NCBI GenBank assembly: GCA_049903315.1
Contig: JBNGBT010000006.1
Location: forward strand, 64,001 to 128,000
From: Candidatus Cloacimonadota bacterium
GTDB taxonomy: Bacteria > Cloacimonadota > Cloacimonadia > JGIOTU-2
Direction of reading: 5' to 3'
Length of the DNA: 64,000 bases
The notes below the pieces were generated by a model that had not been told where the DNA came from, made no database searches, and was given only the letters and a program-made list of their open reading frames with translations. Below are positions 59,409 through 64,000 of this stretch, in pieces; the stretch's first letter is position 1; every line of letters starts with the position of its first letter. A program made the position numbers and the translations under genes.

Positions 59409-60578
59409 TTAGAAATGAAAATTTTTTGAGATATTATCAGCTGGATTATTAAAGAATAATTCCCAGTTCCCTGTTTCCATATTGAAGAGAGAAGTTCCGA
59501 GTGTCATGCCGCCGGTTATACCACCGGTCGTATCCGGTTCCGCAGCAACATCACACAGGAAACCATGCAGCACATCGCAATCAACATCTTCGAGGTGGCC
59601 TTCATAACCTGCTATTAATCCCATAAGAGTTGTATAGCGTGCGAGTGTCGTGGCGTCATCATCAGTGGGGAAACCAAGCATTGCATCCTGAATAAAATGG
59701 TTGGTATGAGCATACAAGCCCTCTACTTCATGTACAACTGCGGTGTTTTCTGCTTTCTCGACAGACACAACTCTATTCTCGATGCCCGAAGCAATATTCA
59801 CGTGAAGTGCATTACAAGCAGTAGTATTTTCTATGATAGAAATAGCGTCATCCACAGTTTCTGCTTCAAGAAGAGCGCGGAAGATGAATAAGTGGGGAAC
59901 TCCGCTTGGAACACCAGACGCACTTTGTACGTAATTTCCTGAGAATGCTAATCCATCATCAGTGAGAGAAGGTGCAATACCGCAGAGTAATCCCGGATAA
60001 TAAAGATTCATGAAATCCGGCTTGCCCTGCATACTCACTTTTATGACAGCCATAAGGTCATGCAAAGATGCCATGCCATCTTCATTATGAGCTAAATATT
60101 GATTTCCGTTATAATTGTAGCTGACTGTGGAGCATCCCAAAAGTGATTCGGGAATATCCATGTCCGTTTCTCCTACCAATCCATAATAAAGTGCGATAAT
60201 ATCACCGAAACAGTTTAAACGCATGAGAACATCAAACTCAACTCCTGATCCTTCTGCTGTTCCTCGAATCTCATCTACAAAATCCGGAAAGAGTTCTTCT
60301 GCTTTTGCGAGAAGATTTTCATAGAAATAAACCGAATCAATAGAGATAATATTTACAATAATTGCACTTAATTCTGCTTGTCTTAACATAGCTTGCTGAA
60401 TATTCTCCGCAAATCTTTGTCCGATAGCAAAACCAAGATCGTAATAATTGTCTGCTTCAACTTCGAATATCGGGAAGTAATCATCTTTGTTACTGCTCGA
60501 TTTAAAAAGATTGCAGCCGATTATTAGAAATGTGCTTAGTACAAATATGGTGGATATGAATACTAATTTTTTTTTCAT
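59409..60578 (-). CDS. Peptidase C45 (Ntn-hydrolase) lipoprotein
   Basis: Lipobox IIGC; YDLGFAIG, EIRGTAEG, GCST (nucleophile), AHNED, HTNHF. Confidence 0.8.
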   Translation of the reverse strand: MKKKLVFISTIFVLSTFLIIGCNLFKSSSNKDDYFPIFEVEADNYYDLGFAIGQRFAENIQQAMLRQAELSAIIVNIISIDSVYFYENLLAKAEELFPDFVDEIRGTAEGSGVEFDVLMRLNCFGDIIALYYGLVGETDMDIPESLLGCSTVSYNYNGNQYLAHNEDGMASLHDLMAVIKVSMQGKPDFMNLYYPGLLCGIAPSLTDDGLAFSGNYVQSASGVPSGVPHLFIFRALLEAETVDDAISIIENTTACNALHVNIASGIENRVVSVEKAENTAVVHEVEGLYAHTNHFIQDAMLGFPTDDDATTLARYTTLMGLIAGYEGHLEDVDCDVLHGFLCDVAAEPDTTGGITGGMTLGTSLFNMETGNWELFFNNPADNISKNFHF

Positions 60579-60597
60579 GTAAACTCCTGTAATTTAA

Positions 60598-61035
60598 TTA
60601 TCTATTTTTTGATGCTTTTACTGCAAAGACTACTGCTGGTTCATCTCCACAATTCTCGATCGAATGCGGAACATCTTTCTTTGCCTGCACTGCATCGCCA
60701 CACTGTGAGATAAATTCATGATTACCAATACGAAATTTTACACAGCCTTTGATCACATAGAACAGCTCTTCGAGAGGATGGTCTTGAATAGTGAGTTTCT
60801 CGCCGGCTGGAATGGTGTACATGTATGGAGCGAGATGTTCAAAGTTTCCAAAAAAGGGGTGAATTTCAATTTTATCAGTATGAGCAATCTTATGCTCCGT
60901 TTTGATATAAGCATGCTCCTTTTCATCAGTGATGGCATGGAACATCTCCTGTGGAGCACTACAATGAGGACACTTTTCAGGGGATTCTGTTCCCCTGAAA
61001 ATGTGTCCGCAAACTTTACATCGCCAGTGACGCAT
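60598..61035 (-). CDS. Rubredoxin-like domain fused to a cupin
   Basis: WRCKVCG...CPHC; C-terminal HPLEELFYVIKG...GD...PHSIEN. Confidence 0.75.
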   Translation of the reverse strand: MRHWRCKVCGHIFRGTESPEKCPHCSAPQEMFHAITDEKEHAYIKTEHKIAHTDKIEIHPFFGNFEHLAPYMYTIPAGEKLTIQDHPLEELFYVIKGCVKFRIGNHEFISQCGDAVQAKKDVPHSIENCGDEPAVVFAVKASKNR

Positions 61036-61038
61036 ATC

Positions 61039-61554
61039 CTACTCAGCCGGAGCGGCAGGAGCGACAAAGGTCCGCACACCAAGCTCTTTGTCCAGCATAA
61101 GGAGCCCGTTGCCGTTATCGCCGATATATTTCAGTTTATCAATGATCTCGTTATCGTTTCCTTCTTCCTCGATCTGCTCGGTCACGAACCATTGAAGGAA
61201 GATCTCCGTTGCATAATCATTTTCTTCTCGTGCAAGGGCTACAAGCCCATTGATACTTTTGGTCACGAACTGTTCATGTTCGAGTGTTTTCTGGAACATG
61301 TCCATAGGAGATTTAAATTCTGCGGGAGGTTTCTTTATCTCATCAAGTACGACTTTCTGATTTTGTTCAATTACATAATTGTATATCTTTTGCGCATGGC
61401 TCATCTCTTCCTGAACCTGGATAAAGAACCAATTTGCAAAGCCCTTCAGGCCAATGTCCTGCGCATGAGCAGACATGGCAAGATACAAGTAAGCTGAATA
61501 GAGTTCTTTATTTATTTGTAGATTGAGCGCATCTGTCATTTTTTTGCTTATCAT
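61039..61554 (-). CDS. ftnA: Ferritin
   Basis: QINKELYSAYLY, EEMSHA, FLQWFVTEQIEEE. Confidence 0.92.
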   Translation of the reverse strand: MISKKMTDALNLQINKELYSAYLYLAMSAHAQDIGLKGFANWFFIQVQEEMSHAQKIYNYVIEQNQKVVLDEIKKPPAEFKSPMDMFQKTLEHEQFVTKSINGLVALAREENDYATEIFLQWFVTEQIEEEGNDNEIIDKLKYIGDNGNGLLMLDKELGVRTFVAPAAPAE

Positions 61555-61569
61555 AGAACGCCTCGATTA

Positions 61570-61947
61570 TTATTTCTTCCATAAGCCGTGAATGTTGCAG
61601 TATGCACGGACTTCGAGTTTGTCATTATTTTTCACATAGAATTCTGCTTCAGGTTTATCTTCTGGAGTAAGGTGCTTACGGTTTATCCAGGCACCATTCT
61701 GAACTTCGATCCACTCGATATAATGTTTCTCTATCATCGGGTGGGGAGCAGAACCGACTTTCACCCTGATGCCGTCAGCGATCTCTTCAACAACCGGAAC
61801 ATGTTTTTCCACAGCAGCATCTACTGTATTTGCATCCATTTTTTTCATTGGAGCACCGCAGCAGACAAGTTCGCCTGCGCCGCCGTGAACCATTTCCACG
61901 ATATTTCCACAAATTTCACATTTATAGATTTCCAAAATTTTTGTCAT
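61570..61947 (-). CDS. dfx: Desulfoferrodoxin (superoxide reductase)
   Basis: CEICGN...LVCCG, EKHVP, HPM..HYI, YCNIHGLW. Confidence 0.95.
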   Translation of the reverse strand: MTKILEIYKCEICGNIVEMVHGGAGELVCCGAPMKKMDANTVDAAVEKHVPVVEEIADGIRVKVGSAPHPMIEKHYIEWIEVQNGAWINRKHLTPEDKPEAEFYVKNNDKLEVRAYCNIHGLWKK

Positions 61948-61979
61948 TGCTTCTCCTAAATTTTCAATTATTTTTCCGA

Positions 61980-62483
61980 TTACGGACCGACATGCATCAT
62001 ATCAAATTCTACATCATATTTTTCAAACTCTTCTGCCTGTTCTTTTTCAAGTTCAAGAAGACGGTAATGTCCCATTTCCATTGAGGCAATATACTTTAGT
62101 CTGCGCGAGAGGTCTTCATCCATTTTGAATTTATTAGCAAGCGAGAGATAGAAATAATGCGCTGCTTTTTCCGCATTCATTGCCTGCAGAAATATATCAC
62201 TGAACCTCAAATCTTCAGTATCAATTGTGATTTCCGGCAAAGGTACAGGCGTCTTGTCAGGCAGGATTATTTCCTCAGCAGGGAATGATTCTTCCCAGAG
62301 TTTGGAAAAGAAATCAAAGTGTTTTTGCTCTTCTGCAGAAAGGAATTTGAGTTTGTCCTTGAGCATGAAGTTCTTTACTCGTCCTGCAAGATCGAGGTAG
62401 ACATATTTGCTGTCCTCTTCACTTTTTAACGCAGTGAGAAATAGGTCCCTTTTGGAATATTTATCAATATTCATCTTATCCAT
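61980..62483 (-). CDS. Ferritin-like / rubrerythrin-domain protein
   Basis: ALKSE, EEQKH, AMNAE, EMGH diiron-type motifs. Confidence 0.8.
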   Translation of the reverse strand: MDKMNIDKYSKRDLFLTALKSEEDSKYVYLDLAGRVKNFMLKDKLKFLSAEEQKHFDFFSKLWEESFPAEEIILPDKTPVPLPEITIDTEDLRFSDIFLQAMNAEKAAHYFYLSLANKFKMDEDLSRRLKYIASMEMGHYRLLELEKEQAEEFEKYDVEFDMMHVGP

Positions 62484-62488
62484 GATAA

Positions 62489-62965
62489 CTACTTTCCAAG
62501 CTGACGCTTCATCTCTGTGAGCATCACTACGTGTTTGCGTTCTTCATCGATGATATCGTCAACCAATTTTTGCTGGTGCTGCGGAACTACATTTCTCATT
62601 TCATGATAATAGAGAATCGTGTCGAGTTCTTTCCCGATAGCGAACTGAAGCGCTTCATCTGCAGTGTGTACGCTCTCGATGCCTTCATCGATCTTATCGA
62701 TTGTGAAGACAAGATTATCTGCGTAGGCATGAAGATAGTCAAAATACTCGCCGGGATAACTTTCCTGTGGATTGTAGCCCTCGATCTTTGCCAGCATCTC
62801 TCTAAAGACTTTTTCGTGACGGACTTCTTCTTCTGCGAGAAACCCGAAGAGTTCCTTCACTTTTTTGTCATCAAATTTTTCTACCATTGCGCGGTAGAAT
62901 TTTTCACCATTTTCTTCGATTTGAACTGCAAATTGATAGATTTCTGTCACATCGAATATATTCAT
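62489..62965 (-). CDS. Ferritin-like / rubrerythrin-domain protein
   Basis: AVQIEENGEKFY, EEVRH, AIGKE, EERKH. Confidence 0.82.
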   Translation of the reverse strand: MNIFDVTEIYQFAVQIEENGEKFYRAMVEKFDDKKVKELFGFLAEEEVRHEKVFREMLAKIEGYNPQESYPGEYFDYLHAYADNLVFTIDKIDEGIESVHTADEALQFAIGKELDTILYYHEMRNVVPQHQQKLVDDIIDEERKHVVMLTEMKRQLGK

Positions 62966-62981
62966 TTTCGTTCCTCCGAAA

Positions 62982-64000
62982 TTATTTTAGATTTTTATGC
63001 TTCATTGTAATACTTTTTGCAAGCTCATCAAGAGCTTTGAAGTCAGCTTCTTTAGGAAAACCTTTACTTATGACAGGTTCCAGTAATTCGCCTTTGAAAT
63101 TTGTGAGAAGTCCCTTAAGCATATCCACCATTCTCGAGCCCCAGCCGTAAGAGCCGATGACCGATGCGAATTTTGCTTTTGGTCTGAGCATATTAGTGAG
63201 ATAGGTTGCGTACATCATTTTGGGATGCGGACCTGCATGCACTGTAGATGAGCCGATTACGACAGTGGCAGCATCGACAAGCTCCATCGCAAATTCTCCA
63301 ATATCTGTCACAGACATGTTAAATGGAATGACCGTAATCTCGTACTCTGTGAGCTTTTCAGTTAGATAATTCACCATTTTCTCTACACTTCCATGCATGG
63401 AAATATAGGGTATCAGCACCTTGTTTTCTACTGTGTCCGATATCCATTCTTTATATTGCTCAAGGATGAATTCAGGATTATCATAAACTTGTCCATGAGT
63501 AGGTGCAATCATATCAAGATCGTAATTTTTCAGCATATCAATATGCTTCTGAATATTTGTTCTGAACGGCATCATGATCTCGGCAAAGTAGCGCTTTGCT
63601 GCGAAATATACCTTTGCTTCATCCCGCACGAACAATTCGCTGGAAGCTATATGCGAGCCGAAAAGGTCTCCTGAAAAGAGCAGTTTGTCTTCTTCAAGAT
63701 ATGTGAACATTGTTTCCGGCCAGTGAACCCACGCTGCCAGCAGAAACTTCAAAGTTTTGTTACCGAGGGGAAGTGTGCTCTCATGGGTGACTTCAAGGAA
63801 TTTATCATCAGGAATATTAAGAAGATCCTGAAGAAAGGTTTTGCATTTTGTATTCGTGACAACAACCGCATCAGGGTACATTTCCAAAATGACGGGAATT
63901 CCTCCGGAGTGGTCCTGCTCAGCATGATTAGAAATGATATAATCCAGTTTTGCAATACCGAGTTGTCTCAGGTTTGTCAGTAATTCTTCTATCTTCGGTG
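62982..64000 (-). CDS. fprA: Flavodiiron protein FprA (5' end beyond the window)
   Basis: Frame open to the right edge; HAEQDHSG, HWPE, SGDLFG, PTHG, flavodoxin domain SMHGSV...GSYGWG. Confidence 0.92.
   Translation of the reverse strand, partial: PKIEELLTNLRQLGIAKLDYIISNHAEQDHSGGIPVILEMYPDAVVVTNTKCKTFLQDLLNIPDDKFLEVTHESTLPLGNKTLKFLLAAWVHWPETMFTYLEEDKLLFSGDLFGSHIASSELFVRDEAKVYFAAKRYFAEIMMPFRTNIQKHIDMLKNYDLDMIAPTHGQVYDNPEFILEQYKEWISDTVENKVLIPYISMHGSVEKMVNYLTEKLTEYEITVIPFNMSVTDIGEFAMELVDAATVVIGSSTVHAGPHPKMMYATYLTNMLRPKAKFASVIGSYGWGSRMVDMLKGLLTNFKGELLEPVISKGFPKEADFKALDELAKSITMKHKNLK

Noticed and set aside
60718..61497. 259-aa plus-strand ORF
   Set aside because: Antisense to ferritin and the rubredoxin-cupin gene; a codon-bias shadow.

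Overview
Bacterial genomic DNA, AT-rich and mostly minus-strand genes. The gene families suggest a non-Bacteroidota member of the FCB group, probably Candidatus Cloacimonadota; this is inference from the SprA, PorV-like and CTD-bearing proteins and from strong Shine-Dalgarno use. From left to right: (1) a TonB-dependent receptor-ExbB-ExbD-ExbD-TonB operon that continues into a large T9SS-CTD protein, a PorV-like barrel and a second secreted protein cut by the window edge; (2) housekeeping genes (lipoate ligase family, purM, PfkB kinase, aspartate aminotransferase, glyS, dtd); (3) a SprA/Sov T9SS translocon and a metallophosphoesterase; (4) small genes including queH and an acyl-CoA dehydrogenase, separated by REP-like palindromes and a collapsed four-helix-bundle element; (5) an amino-acid antiporter plus tyrosine-decarboxylase-like gene, an NCS2 permease, and a 1035-bp IS with perfect 26-bp terminal inverted repeats; (6) a glycan cluster (GT2, YfhO-like, Wzx, CDP-alcohol phosphotransferase, GT4, sulfotransferase, nucleotidyltransferase-PLP enzyme fusion, manC); (7) lolA-like, ftsK, ychF; (8) an AT-rich accessory block with HigBA, a TPR protein and an Ig/FISUMP lipoprotein whose 3' end looks like a DGR variable region with no template or RT in the window; (9) an oxidative-stress cluster (rubrerythrin, ferritin, desulfoferrodoxin, FprA). 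No rRNA, tRNA or CRISPR array was seen. All family assignments come from reading motifs by eye; no database search was run.
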